A DNA stretch of 52,805 bases, taken from the NCBI GenBank assembly GCA_037131045.1, contig JBAXRV010000003.1:1-52805 (forward strand). The letters run 5' to 3'. The notes under the pieces were generated by a model. It did not search any database and was not told where the DNA came from. It saw only the letters and a list, made by a program, of their open reading frames with translations. Of the stretch, positions 31,178 through 40,697 are shown piece by piece. Source of the DNA: Actinomycetes bacterium (lineage in GTDB: Bacteria > Actinomycetota > Actinomycetes > S36-B12 > UBA5976). A program made the position numbers and the translations under genes. The stretch's first letter is position 1. Every line of letters begins with the position of its first letter.

Positions 31178-31247
31178 TTTGGCTCCTCGTAACCTTGGAC
31201 CCATCTCACACAACGGGCATATTCAATCTATGTCACGCGACGGCTAC

Positions 31248-31282
31248 TTCCTTCATCGGAATGTGAAAATTGTGTGAAGGAA
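31248..31282. promoter_or_regulatory. 8-bp perfect inverted repeat in the divergent sigma / membrane-protein intergenic region
   Basis: TTCCTTCA (31248-31255) and TGAAGGAA (31275-31282) are separated by 19 nt. GGAAT occurs twice, at 31258-31262 and 31279-31283. Confidence 0.3.
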
Positions 31283-31348
31283 TGAGGTAAGTCTGGACAT
31301 ACACCTAATAGACAGGCCAGCACTGGTCGTGTCGCGAGGAGTAAAACC

Positions 31349-32773
31349 ATGTCAGATAACCATTTCGAAGATGAAGCCTTTGTTGCGCTTCGGTCACACG
31401 ACCCAGCACAGTCTGCCAGCGATCTTGCATCCATTCGGGGACAGATTGAGACATCAGCTGTGCATCATCACGTTGTTGAAAAGAAGCGAGCTTCATGGCT
31501 AATGCCGGTGGCTGCTGCGGCGGCGGCTTGCCTATTCATCGGAACGGGCGCGGGTTATCAGCTAGCGACATCACGTTCTGATTCTGGAAGCGACTCGTCA
31601 ATGTCTGCAATTGCGCCAGGACTTGGTGCGCCAGCCACAGATATGAATTCTGGAATGAACGGTGCCAATCGGACGGGAAGCCCAGTCGCCGGTGCTTCCG
31701 ACAAAATGATGCCTGGTTTTTACGGTGCTCGGGCATTTCTTACACCAGATGCAAGTATTTCTGATTCCGCCGGAACTGCGGTTGGTTACCTCATCGATGA
31801 CTCACAAGTTGATCGCAAGGCAACGATGAACGCTGTCGCACGTGCGCTTGGCTTGAAACATATTGTGAAAACTCAAGATGGCGGATACTCAGCTGGTGAC
31901 ACAACAGGCATGAAGGCATACGCATACGTCGGTGGAACGTATGACAAGACGGTGTCCTTCTACTTTGGCGATAACTCAAAGGGCCCATGGAATTGCCCAG
32001 TTGCAATGGGTTCAACTGGTTCTGAGGTGAGTAGTTCAAGCTCACAAGGTGTCGTGACCTCCGATGCGACCGCAGTCCCACTGCCAACAGATTCACCTGC
32101 TGCCACTCCCATCCCGGTACCGACACAACCGGCATGTACTCCAGTGAGCGGCAAGCAACTTTCTGACAGTGCTGCGATTTCTATTGCTCAAAAACTCTTT
32201 TCAGCAATTGGCCTAAACAACAGTGACGCAAAGTATTCCGTGGCAGATCCTGCATGGTTTGGACAAGGCGCAGATGGTAAACCACTTCCATTTTCACATG
32301 TTGTTGCGCAAGTAATGGTTAACGGTCTTGAGACTGGCATGTCATGGACAGCTGACATTGGGCCGCAAGGCGACATTGTCAACGCCAATGGATTTGTTGG
32401 CGGATTTACTGCTACCGCAGCGTACGACATTGTTGGCGCTAAGAGCGCTACCTTGCGGTCGCAGGATATTCACTGGTCGCAGTTTGGTCCAACAGAGCAA
32501 TGGGATGGAGGTTCAGGTCCAATTGCATACGCTTCTGATGCGCGAAGCGCAACAGGTGTTTCAGCAACTCAACCTGATGCACGTCTTGATGGCCAAGGCC
32601 GACCACTCTTGGTTGAGTCATACGAAGACATCACGATAACAAGTGCTGATCCAAGTCTGACCACTTACTATCTTGCAGATGGTCGTACTGCACTCTTACC
32701 TGCATATGCACTTCATTCAGGTAAGCGCACATGGCTACAAATCGCTATTGCAGATCAGTACCTGGTTCATTAA
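31349..32773 (+). CDS. hypothetical single-pass membrane protein with a large extracytoplasmic domain (possible anti-sigma / sensor partner)
   Basis: 474 aa. About 48 aa of cytoplasmic N-terminus, a TM segment WLMPVAAAAAACLFIGTGAGY, a Ser/Gly/Pro-rich linker, then two globular parts joined by a Pro/Thr-rich linker. A GAGGAG SD precedes the ATG. Divergent from the ECF sigma gene. Confidence 0.65.
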   Translation: MSDNHFEDEAFVALRSHDPAQSASDLASIRGQIETSAVHHHVVEKKRASWLMPVAAAAAACLFIGTGAGYQLATSRSDSGSDSSMSAIAPGLGAPATDMNSGMNGANRTGSPVAGASDKMMPGFYGARAFLTPDASISDSAGTAVGYLIDDSQVDRKATMNAVARALGLKHIVKTQDGGYSAGDTTGMKAYAYVGGTYDKTVSFYFGDNSKGPWNCPVAMGSTGSEVSSSSSQGVVTSDATAVPLPTDSPAATPIPVPTQPACTPVSGKQLSDSAAISIAQKLFSAIGLNNSDAKYSVADPAWFGQGADGKPLPFSHVVAQVMVNGLETGMSWTADIGPQGDIVNANGFVGGFTATAAYDIVGAKSATLRSQDIHWSQFGPTEQWDGGSGPIAYASDARSATGVSATQPDARLDGQGRPLLVESYEDITITSADPSLTTYYLADGRTALLPAYALHSGKRTWLQIAIADQYLVH

Positions 32774-32789
32774 GAACTAGGTTGACTAT

Positions 32790-33008
32790 CTAGTCGGATT
32801 GCGCATTGTGTGTGCCGGGATCTTCAAATCCGGCCGCACGATGCGCTCCGTCGCAAAACGGCTTGTTTTCAGAATGACCACATCGGCACAGTGAAAAACT
32901 TTCTTCTGTGGCAATGGGTTGACCGTCGGCACCGATAAGTTGTGCGCCTTTAACCCGAAGTGATCCGTTAGCGCGAATAGTGATTGTTGGTTGTTCTTGC
33001 GTCATCAT
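32790..33008 (-). CDS. CDGSH iron-sulfur domain protein (mitoNEET-type 2Fe-2S)
   Basis: 72 aa carrying CRCGHSENKPFCDGAH, i.e. C-x-C-x2-S-x3-P-x-C-D-G-A-H. Confidence 0.85.
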   Translation of the reverse strand: MMTQEQPTITIRANGSLRVKGAQLIGADGQPIATEESFSLCRCGHSENKPFCDGAHRAAGFEDPGTHNAQSD

Positions 33009-33062
33009 GGCTCCTTAGGTCTCTGTGAACTGACTCTAGAGCCATTTTCCGTATTACGCAGA

Positions 33063-34709
33063 CTAGGCGAATGCTTGAGATATCTGTTTCGAAATGGTGT
33101 TCATTAAAGCAAACTCATCTGCCCGAGAACCTGTGGTGCACACAATCACGTGCACACCCGGGATTCGATCTGTGGTGTGTAGGACCCGATCAAGTTCGGG
33201 AAGAGTCGTTACTCGAGTTGCGGGTACTCCGTAAGATTCTGCAATGACCCATAGGTCTCGGCCATGTGGTGTGCCAAAAACTTTCTCGAAATGTTTCTGA
33301 AAATCTGGAGCGCCTTGTTCGAGCTGACTAAAGATTCCGCCGCCATCATTATCCAGAACAACAATGGTCAAGTTTGGTCGCACGATATCATCTGAGACAT
33401 TTAGGCCCGATGCGCCGTGTAAAAACGCCACGTCGCCCATCAGTAGATAAGTGCGCTGTGACTGCGTTAACGCGGCTCCCCATGCAGTGGAGATCAACCC
33501 ATCAATACCGTTTGCCCCTCGGTTACCTAACACCGTGAGTCCGCGGCGGCAAGGGGCGTAAGCCTCAACATGTCGAACCGGCCACGACGAGGCCACCACT
33601 AATTGATTGCTGTCGCTTGCGTGATTCCATACGTAGCGAGCCGCACTTGGCCCAGTCAAAGTGCTGCCACTTAATGCTGCGCTCACGATGCCCTCAACTG
33701 TGCTACTGCGCTGGCGCCAAAGTTCAAGCCATTCGGGTTCAACGACATTGGTTGCACTAGGAATTTCTTGCAGAATACGTTGAGCTGTACCCACTGGGTT
33801 TGGTTCATCCACGGCATTGCTTGGTAAGTGAATCGAAATATGTTCTGGAGTATTACGCAGCAGGCCAAGAATGCTGCGCGATAGACCAACCGTGCCAACA
33901 GTCATCACTGCATCAGGTACCGGCATGTGAGCAACCATGATTGCCCCGTGGCTGATTGCTGTAGCGCACCTGAATGCATTCGAACTTGGCTCCCACAGAA
34001 CAGGCCAACCTAGCTGCACTGCGAGTTGCCCTGCGCGCTGCGCATCCTGCGGGTTCGTGACATCGCCGATAATCATCACGCCGCGAGCGGGCACTTCAAT
34101 GTGTGAAGCCGGGATTTGCTCTGCTGATTCCGGGACTAACTCACGAGTTTTTTCTGGCGCCCATTCAATGTCATCGCTTTCAGGAACAAGCGGCACATCA
34201 CACTGCACGTTAATGTGAACTGGCAATTTACGAACACCACGAGTATTGCGTAATGACTTGCGCACTCGTTCAAGTGATTGCGCACTTGGGTTAATTTCTA
34301 AATCAATATAAGAATCAACAAAGTCAGAAAATATTCCAGTTTGATTAATCGTCTGCGGTGCCATGCGGCCACGGCTTGATGCAGGACGATCCGCAGTCAC
34401 AATCACGAGTGCAACACCGGAGTAGTAAGCCTCAACAACGGCAGGTAACACATTGGCCACCGCGGTACCTGATGTCACAATCACTGCAACTGGGCCGGCG
34501 GATGCTTTTGCTATGCCTAGGGCAAGAAATCCCGCCTCGCGCTCATCAATGCGCACATGTAACCGTAGGTCACCTGATTGTTCAGCTTGCGCAACAGCAA
34601 GTGCTAACCCGGCTGAGCGAGATCCAGGTGCTAACACAACATCACGGACACCAACGGACAACAGCTGCGAAACCAGCATGCGAGATATGTGAGTAGTTGG
34701 ATTTACCAC
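33063..34709 (-). CDS. menD: 2-succinyl-5-enolpyruvyl-6-hydroxy-3-cyclohexene-1-carboxylate (SEPHCHC) synthase
   Basis: ThDP enzyme layout (GSRS..., GDVAFLHG, VLDNDGGGIF). GTG at 34709 sits directly against the menC stop (GTGGTAA), so it is preferred over the longer ORF start at 34790. Confidence 0.9.
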   Translation of the reverse strand: MVNPTTHISRMLVSQLLSVGVRDVVLAPGSRSAGLALAVAQAEQSGDLRLHVRIDEREAGFLALGIAKASAGPVAVIVTSGTAVANVLPAVVEAYYSGVALVIVTADRPASSRGRMAPQTINQTGIFSDFVDSYIDLEINPSAQSLERVRKSLRNTRGVRKLPVHINVQCDVPLVPESDDIEWAPEKTRELVPESAEQIPASHIEVPARGVMIIGDVTNPQDAQRAGQLAVQLGWPVLWEPSSNAFRCATAISHGAIMVAHMPVPDAVMTVGTVGLSRSILGLLRNTPEHISIHLPSNAVDEPNPVGTAQRILQEIPSATNVVEPEWLELWRQRSSTVEGIVSAALSGSTLTGPSAARYVWNHASDSNQLVVASSWPVRHVEAYAPCRRGLTVLGNRGANGIDGLISTAWGAALTQSQRTYLLMGDVAFLHGASGLNVSDDIVRPNLTIVVLDNDGGGIFSQLEQGAPDFQKHFEKVFGTPHGRDLWVIAESYGVPATRVTTLPELDRVLHTTDRIPGVHVIVCTTGSRADEFALMNTISKQISQAFA

Positions 34710-35734
34710 GACTCGACCGCCTCTCGCACAGATGAAGTTACTAAATGTATTGCACTGGCATGCCAAGCCCGAATCATGCGTTGACGCCATTCACTATCGA
34801 GTTCAGTAGTGCCGTTTAAGTCTTGGTCAGGTACCGCGCGCTGCACCTTAAGTTCACCAGCAATGGGAAGTAATGGTTGCGACGTGACGTCACGGGAAAA
34901 CAGCAAGCCGGTGCCCAAGCCACACGCTCCGTACAAAGCAGGAACCGAAGCAGCAAGTGCCAAGCCGCTGGCTAACCCAACTGACGTATCTAAACTTCCG
35001 CTGACAACTATTGGCAAACCGACGAGCTCTGTGACAGCTAACGCCGCGCGTACTCCTCCAATAGGAATTGATTTGATAATCGCAATATCGGCGACATCAC
35101 GAAGAGCCCGGCCATCGAGTTGCTCTGAAAGTCGAATACTTTCATCAACCGCGATTTTGATATAAGAGTCCGCAAGTAAGTCTCGCAACTGGCCAAGCTC
35201 GTGAACAGTCGCACACGGTTGCTCAACATAATCCAAACCAACTGCAGCATCATCAAGTTCAGCGAGACGATGCGATGCATCTTGCGGTGACCAGGCACCA
35301 TTAACGTCGATTCGAATCCGACCATTGACTCCCAAATCAGTTAACGCCGCTCGTGCCGCTTTAACTCGCGCCACGTCGCGCACATGTGAATCAGGCAGAC
35401 CGTCATCCACTTTGAGTTTTATTGTGGTCATACCAAAATCTGTGACTGCCTGAACTACATGTTCATACGTGGCCGCGGGATCAAGAAGAGGAATAATCGC
35501 ATTGATAGGAATCTGCGAGCGCATTTGTTGCGGCCAACTATCGAAGGCCTGCTCAAGCGCCGCTGCTAACCAACGTCCTGCGATGTGATCTGAGTACTCA
35601 ACAAATGGCGCAAACTCGGCCCATCCCGAAGGTCCCTCGAATAATGCGCCATGGCGAATGTCCGTGGAGCGAAAGCGGCTACGAAGCGGAAGCGCAAAAG
35701 CTTGCGCTGTTGCAGCCAACCTTTCAATAGTCAT
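34703..35734 (-). CDS. menC: o-succinylbenzoate synthase (enolase superfamily)
   Basis: 343 aa with KLKV, IDVNGAW, YVEQP and VDES metal/catalytic motifs, placed between menB and menD. Confidence 0.85.
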   Translation of the reverse strand: MTIERLAATAQAFALPLRSRFRSTDIRHGALFEGPSGWAEFAPFVEYSDHIAGRWLAAALEQAFDSWPQQMRSQIPINAIIPLLDPAATYEHVVQAVTDFGMTTIKLKVDDGLPDSHVRDVARVKAARAALTDLGVNGRIRIDVNGAWSPQDASHRLAELDDAAVGLDYVEQPCATVHELGQLRDLLADSYIKIAVDESIRLSEQLDGRALRDVADIAIIKSIPIGGVRAALAVTELVGLPIVVSGSLDTSVGLASGLALAASVPALYGACGLGTGLLFSRDVTSQPLLPIAGELKVQRAVPDQDLNGTTELDSEWRQRMIRAWHASAIHLVTSSVREAVESW

Positions 35735-35737
35735 GAG

Positions 35738-36670
35738 CTACGGACGTTTCGGAAACTTACCAAAATCAGGGCGGCGCTTTTCTTTGTACGCATTGCGGCC
35801 CTCTTGGCCTTCTTCGCTCATGTAGAACAACAACGTTGCATCGCCGGCCAGTTGCTGTATGCCAGCAAGCCCATCGTCAGCAGCATTGTGGCTTGCCTTG
35901 AGCATGCGCAACGCCAATGGCGACAAAGCAAGCATTTCGCTACACCACTGCACGGTTTCAATTTCGAGATCTGCTAGCGGCACTACTTGATTGACAAGTC
36001 CCCAGTCATAGGCCTGCTCAGCGCCATATTGGCGACATAAGTACCACACTTCACGTGATCGCTTTTGTCCAATGTGTCGAGCAAGTAAGCCTGAACCATA
36101 ACCGCCATCGAAAGAACCAACCTTTGGCCCAGTTTGCCCAAAGCGAGCATTGTCGGCCGCAATAGTGAGGTCGCATACGACGTGAAGTACGTGCCCGCCG
36201 CCAATTGAGTAACCCGCAACCATCGCAACAACCGGCATTGGTAGTCGTCGAATTGCAATTTGTAAATCAAGAACATTAAGGCGGCCAATACCGGCTTGCG
36301 CAATGGAGTCATCGCCGATGTAACCATCGTCGCCACGGATCATTTGATCGCCACCGCTACAAAAAGCCCAATCGCCTTGGCCAGTCAAAATAACAACGCC
36401 GATTTCAGGGTTGTCGCGCACCTCGTCAAAAGCGTGAATGAGTTCCTTAACCGTTTGAGGTCGAAATGCATTGCGCTTCTCGGGACGATTAATCGTAATT
36501 TTCGCGATGCCTGTGGCATCTCCAGTTGAAGTCTGGAGTTTAATGTCGGTGTAATCGCCATGAGATACCCAGTCACAGGCTGGCGTAATAGAGGAATGCG
36601 CAGGGTTTTTAAACGCCGGACTATCTTGTGCTACCACGGGTGGTAGCGGGTAACGATTTCGAGTATCCAT
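35738..36670 (-). CDS. menB: 1,4-dihydroxy-2-naphthoyl-CoA synthase
   Basis: 310-aa crotonase fold with the MenB-specific segment [42 protein letters not shown]. Confidence 0.95.
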   Translation of the reverse strand: MDTRNRYPLPPVVAQDSPAFKNPAHSSITPACDWVSHGDYTDIKLQTSTGDATGIAKITINRPEKRNAFRPQTVKELIHAFDEVRDNPEIGVVILTGQGDWAFCSGGDQMIRGDDGYIGDDSIAQAGIGRLNVLDLQIAIRRLPMPVVAMVAGYSIGGGHVLHVVCDLTIAADNARFGQTGPKVGSFDGGYGSGLLARHIGQKRSREVWYLCRQYGAEQAYDWGLVNQVVPLADLEIETVQWCSEMLALSPLALRMLKASHNAADDGLAGIQQLAGDATLLFYMSEEGQEGRNAYKEKRRPDFGKFPKRP

Positions 36671-36690
36671 AACTGACCTTTAGGCGAAGA

Positions 36691-38022
36691 GTGGAAGCCT
36701 TGCTTGCAGGTTCTAGGCTAGTCGTGATGCACATATCTGACACACTCGGCGGATTACCAAGGCCAAACGCGCGGCGGTTGACCGCAATTACCGTACCCTC
36801 TGGCATCGGTGGCGTGACCGCATTGAACAAATCCCTTCGAGAAGCCCTAGATGGAACGGGGCCGGCCATCATCCCAGTACCCGAGAGTCCCGACTATGTC
36901 GTACAGGCCATCCTTAGCGCGTGCAAACCCGACAACATCAATTTCCCACTTGAAACCGATGACATTGCTGTTGCAGTTGCCACATCTGGATCAACAGGCA
37001 CGCCACGTGGTGTGCTCCTCACAACTCACGCACTCACAGCATCCGCCCAAGCTTTCGGAATGCGATTCGGAGTCCATGCCCGCTGGGTAGTTGCACTACC
37101 AGTGCATCGGATTGCAGGTCTCATGGTTTTAGTGCGCTGCTTTGTCCATGACAGTCCATTTGAAATTGACCCATCGGTCGGTGGCGCTCGGACGTTTGAG
37201 GCCCCGACTTTTTATGCAACAACAATGCGGGCCCGACGACTATGTGACAGCGATGGAAGATCGTTGATGATTTCGCTCGTGCCCACTCAAATAGCGCGAC
37301 TCATTGAAGCAGGACCAGTAGGCCTTGATGCACTTCGTGCCTACGACGTTGTTCTCAGTGGTGCCGCTGCGACTCCACAGCCGATGCTCGAGAAATTACG
37401 CAATGCTGGTGTTAATGTCGTGGTTTCTTACGGAATGAGCGAAACCTGTGGTGGCTGCGCATTTGATGGACAGCCCCTCGACGGTGTGACAATTTCGCTT
37501 GCCACTCAAGATGAGGCCGAACCTGGGAGAATTTCTATTTCTGGGCCGGTTGTTGCAGATGGTTACCGATTGCGCCCCGACATAGATGCCCTCACTTTTG
37601 TTGATGGGCGAATGTTGACCCACGATGTTGGCAAGTTGGATTCGGCTGGCCTATTGCACGTGCTTGGTCGACTCGACGATGTTGTCACTGTGGGCGGAGT
37701 AAACGTGTCTTTGTCAGCGGTCGAAGCATTAATTCGACATCACAACGCCATCGATGAAGTTGCCATCGTTGATGTTGCTGATGCAGCGTGGGGTTCACTG
37801 CCTATCGCATACTTGGTTTCGCATGACAGCGCAGCGTCCGAGTCACAACTCGTAGCTGAGATAAGAAACGTTGTGGCAGAACGAATCGGGCAGGCCGCCA
37901 CACCGCGGGAATTCTTTTTTGTGAATGCACTGCCTATGCTCGATAGTGGGAAAGTTGATCGGCTCACGTTACGCCTTCGAGCTGCTCAGGATTTACTCGA
38001 TGCGCATAATGCGCGTCCTTGA
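36691..38022 (+). CDS. menE: o-succinylbenzoate-CoA ligase
   Basis: AMP-binding motif TSGSTGTPRGV and SYGMSET. Short MenE-type adenylating enzyme. The start is uncertain: GTG 36691, or GTG/ATG at 36724/36727. Confidence 0.85.
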   Translation: MEALLAGSRLVVMHISDTLGGLPRPNARRLTAITVPSGIGGVTALNKSLREALDGTGPAIIPVPESPDYVVQAILSACKPDNINFPLETDDIAVAVATSGSTGTPRGVLLTTHALTASAQAFGMRFGVHARWVVALPVHRIAGLMVLVRCFVHDSPFEIDPSVGGARTFEAPTFYATTMRARRLCDSDGRSLMISLVPTQIARLIEAGPVGLDALRAYDVVLSGAAATPQPMLEKLRNAGVNVVVSYGMSETCGGCAFDGQPLDGVTISLATQDEAEPGRISISGPVVADGYRLRPDIDALTFVDGRMLTHDVGKLDSAGLLHVLGRLDDVVTVGGVNVSLSAVEALIRHHNAIDEVAIVDVADAAWGSLPIAYLVSHDSAASESQLVAEIRNVVAERIGQAATPREFFFVNALPMLDSGKVDRLTLRLRAAQDLLDAHNARP

Positions 38023-38034
38023 CGAAAGAGAATC

Positions 38035-38925
38035 ATGACAACTCGCGAACAGTGGATTGAAGGCGCTCGACCACGGACTCTGCCTGCAGCTGTGGCACCG
38101 GTTTTAGTTGGCACTGCCATTGCGGTTTTTGAAAGTTCGCTTCGAATTGGGATTGCGCTGCTCGCGCTGATAGTGGCGCTGGCATTTCAAGTGGGCGTGA
38201 ACTATTCAAATGACTACAGCGATGGAATCCGCGGCACCGACGAAGTGCGGGTTGGTCCGGTTCGACTTGTTGGCCAAGGATTAGCTCAACCAGAAGCAGT
38301 TCGCAAAGCTGCATTTCTGGCATATGGCATTGGTTCAGTTGCGGGATTACTGATGGTTGCGTTTAGCGGATTATGGATACTTGTCCCCGTTGGGATTGCA
38401 TCTGTTGCTGCGGCCTGGTTTTACACCGGAGGCACAAAGCCCTACGGATATCTGGGCCTCGGGGAAATTTTTGTGTTTGTCTTTTTTGGTCTCGTTGCAG
38501 TCGTAGGAACTAGTGCAAGCCAAACTGGACACATCACTTCGCTCTCACTGCTCGGTGGAGTCGCCTGTGGTGCGATGTCATGCGCAATCTTGGTTGTCAA
38601 TAATTTGCGAGACCGTGAAACCGATCAGATTGCTGGAAAAATGACTCTAGCTGTGCGACTGGGCGATAAGCACACTCGCGAGTTGTACCGGACTCTTATT
38701 CTTGTGGCCTATGCAATGCCTGTGATTATGACCGGAATGACAAGCGGACCAAAATTTGCATACGTATGTTTGCTCACCATGCTGTCGGTACGTCGTCCAC
38801 TTATGGCTGTGCAAAATGGTGCACAAGGTGGCCAATTAATACCCGTCTTGATTGACACCAGCAAAGTGCTGTTGCTCTTCGCAATGTCACTTACCGTAGG
38901 AATTTCTGCCTCGCCCATAAATTAG
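38035..38925 (+). CDS. menA: 1,4-dihydroxy-2-naphthoate polyprenyltransferase
   Basis: 296-aa UbiA-family membrane protein with NDYSDGIRGTD and the second Asp-rich region NNLRDRETD. Confidence 0.93.
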   Translation: MTTREQWIEGARPRTLPAAVAPVLVGTAIAVFESSLRIGIALLALIVALAFQVGVNYSNDYSDGIRGTDEVRVGPVRLVGQGLAQPEAVRKAAFLAYGIGSVAGLLMVAFSGLWILVPVGIASVAAAWFYTGGTKPYGYLGLGEIFVFVFFGLVAVVGTSASQTGHITSLSLLGGVACGAMSCAILVVNNLRDRETDQIAGKMTLAVRLGDKHTRELYRTLILVAYAMPVIMTGMTSGPKFAYVCLLTMLSVRRPLMAVQNGAQGGQLIPVLIDTSKVLLLFAMSLTVGISASPIN

Positions 38926-38959
38926 GCAGCGAATAGCATCGCTTCCACTCATACGTGAG

Positions 38960-39202
38960 TTAGTCGACATCTTCTTTACGAGTGTTGTTATCAATCTTGT
39001 CGTTGATTCGTGACAAGGCAGCGTCAACACGAGCACCCATGGATGACCGTTGATTATTCAACACAAAGAACGAGACAATCCCGGAACCAAGAAACGCCGC
39101 CACAATAAGAGTAAAGCTGCGTAACCCAGCGACATATCCCAATCCAAGTGCCACAACAAGTAGCCCTACTCGCGCTAACGAATAGCCAATGATTGGATTC
39201 AT
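38960..39202 (-). CDS. DUF4229-like small membrane protein
   Basis: 80 aa with two TM segments and a charged C-terminal tail. It occupies the position next to menA that is common in actinobacteria. Confidence 0.7.
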   Translation of the reverse strand: MNPIIGYSLARVGLLVVALGLGYVAGLRSFTLIVAAFLGSGIVSFFVLNNQRSSMGARVDAALSRINDKIDNNTRKEDVD

Positions 39203-40549
39203 CTACGAACCGGTGTAGTACTTACCCAACACAGCGAAGACTTCATCAAGAATGGCTAGGCCTTCCTTAGCGTCAGTCTCCGTCACATTGCATGGTGGCA
39301 CAACGTGAATCCGGTTGTAGTTAGTAAACGGCAACAGACCACGCTTGCGACATTCAGCAACCAGTTCAGCCATCGCAGGTGACGTGCCACCATACGGTGC
39401 AATCATCTCTTTGGTTTTGCGATCTGTAACAAGGTCGACTGCCCAGAATGTTCCCAGACCGCGCACCTCGCCAATGATTTTGTGACGATCCTGCAAATCC
39501 TTAAGCCCCGGACCAAGAATGGTTTCGCCAATGTGCTTAGCATTCTCGACAACGCCTTCTTCACGCATGACATCGATCGTGGCAACGATTGATGCTGTAG
39601 CTAATGGGTGACCTGAGTAAGTAAGTCCACCTGGGAATACTCGTTCATCAAAAGTTGCTGCAACATGATCGCTGATGATGACGCCACCGACAGGGACGTA
39701 ACCGCTATTTGAACCTTTAGCGAAAGTAATCAGGTCGGGCTTCACACCAAAGTGATCAAGTGCTAACCATGCACCAGTGCGTCCGAAACCTGACATCACT
39801 TCATCAAGAATCAACATGATGCCGTGCTTGTCACACAAGGCGCGAACACCTTCAAGATAACCGGGAGGTGGAACTAGAACGCCGGCTGTTCCGACAACTG
39901 TTTCCATCAAAATTGCGGCGATGGTTGTGCCACCTTCGTACTTCACAACATCAGTGAGATGTTCAAGAGCACGTTGTGATTCTTCTTCTTCAGTTTGCGC
40001 CCAAAACGATGAACGGTACAGGTGCGGACCAAAGAAGTGGACGTGACCTTCTGAATGCTCATTTGGCCAACGGCGTGGATCGCCAGTAGCGACAATCGCT
40101 GAACCAGTGTTGCCGTGGTAGGAACGGTAGAACGACAAAACCTTATTCTTACCGGTGTGCAGGCGAGCCATGCGAATTGCGTTTTCAATTGCATCAGCGC
40201 CACCATTTGTGAAAAATACTTTGTTGAAACCATCAGGTGAAACTTCTGTAATGCGCTTTGCTGCTTCGCCACGCGCTTCATTGGCGTGCTGCGGCGCAAT
40301 TGTGGCCAACTTGCCAGCTTGTTCCTGAATTGCAGCAATGACCTTTGGATGTTGGTGGCCGATGTTGGTATTGACCAATTGGCTCGAGAAGTCTAGATAG
40401 CGCTTGCCATCCCAGTCCCACACATACGAACCTTCGGCGCCCGCTGCATTGAAAGGCTTCAGCGAAGCTTGTGAACTCCACGAATGAAATACGTGGGCAC
40501 GATCAAGGTCATATACTTCTTGACCGCGAGCTGGATCTGGCTTGAACAT
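39203..40549 (-). CDS. class-III (omega) aminotransferase, PLP-dependent
   Basis: 448 aa with FTNGGADAIENAIRMAR, ILDEVMSGFGRTG and FAKG (PLP Lys). An AAGGAG SD precedes the ATG. Confidence 0.88.
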   Translation of the reverse strand: MFKPDPARGQEVYDLDRAHVFHSWSSQASLKPFNAAGAEGSYVWDWDGKRYLDFSSQLVNTNIGHQHPKVIAAIQEQAGKLATIAPQHANEARGEAAKRITEVSPDGFNKVFFTNGGADAIENAIRMARLHTGKNKVLSFYRSYHGNTGSAIVATGDPRRWPNEHSEGHVHFFGPHLYRSSFWAQTEEEESQRALEHLTDVVKYEGGTTIAAILMETVVGTAGVLVPPPGYLEGVRALCDKHGIMLILDEVMSGFGRTGAWLALDHFGVKPDLITFAKGSNSGYVPVGGVIISDHVAATFDERVFPGGLTYSGHPLATASIVATIDVMREEGVVENAKHIGETILGPGLKDLQDRHKIIGEVRGLGTFWAVDLVTDRKTKEMIAPYGGTSPAMAELVAECRKRGLLPFTNYNRIHVVPPCNVTETDAKEGLAILDEVFAVLGKYYTGS

Positions 40550-40697
40550 CAGCAGAACTCCTTAAGAGCGATGACGACCTACGGTGACACACCACAGGTA
40601 ATGGCATTGAGTAAACCCATGTTACGCCCGAACCTGGTGGTTTTGTCTCGGGAGTTGGTCGTGACGGGGGCCACACAAAACCCAATAGTTGTGGTTT

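Noticed and set aside
34703-34790. Apparent 88-nt overlap of menC and menD
   Set aside because: GTG at 34709 abuts the menC stop (GTGGTAA). The residues upstream of it (MASTHDSGLACQCNTF...) look non-native.
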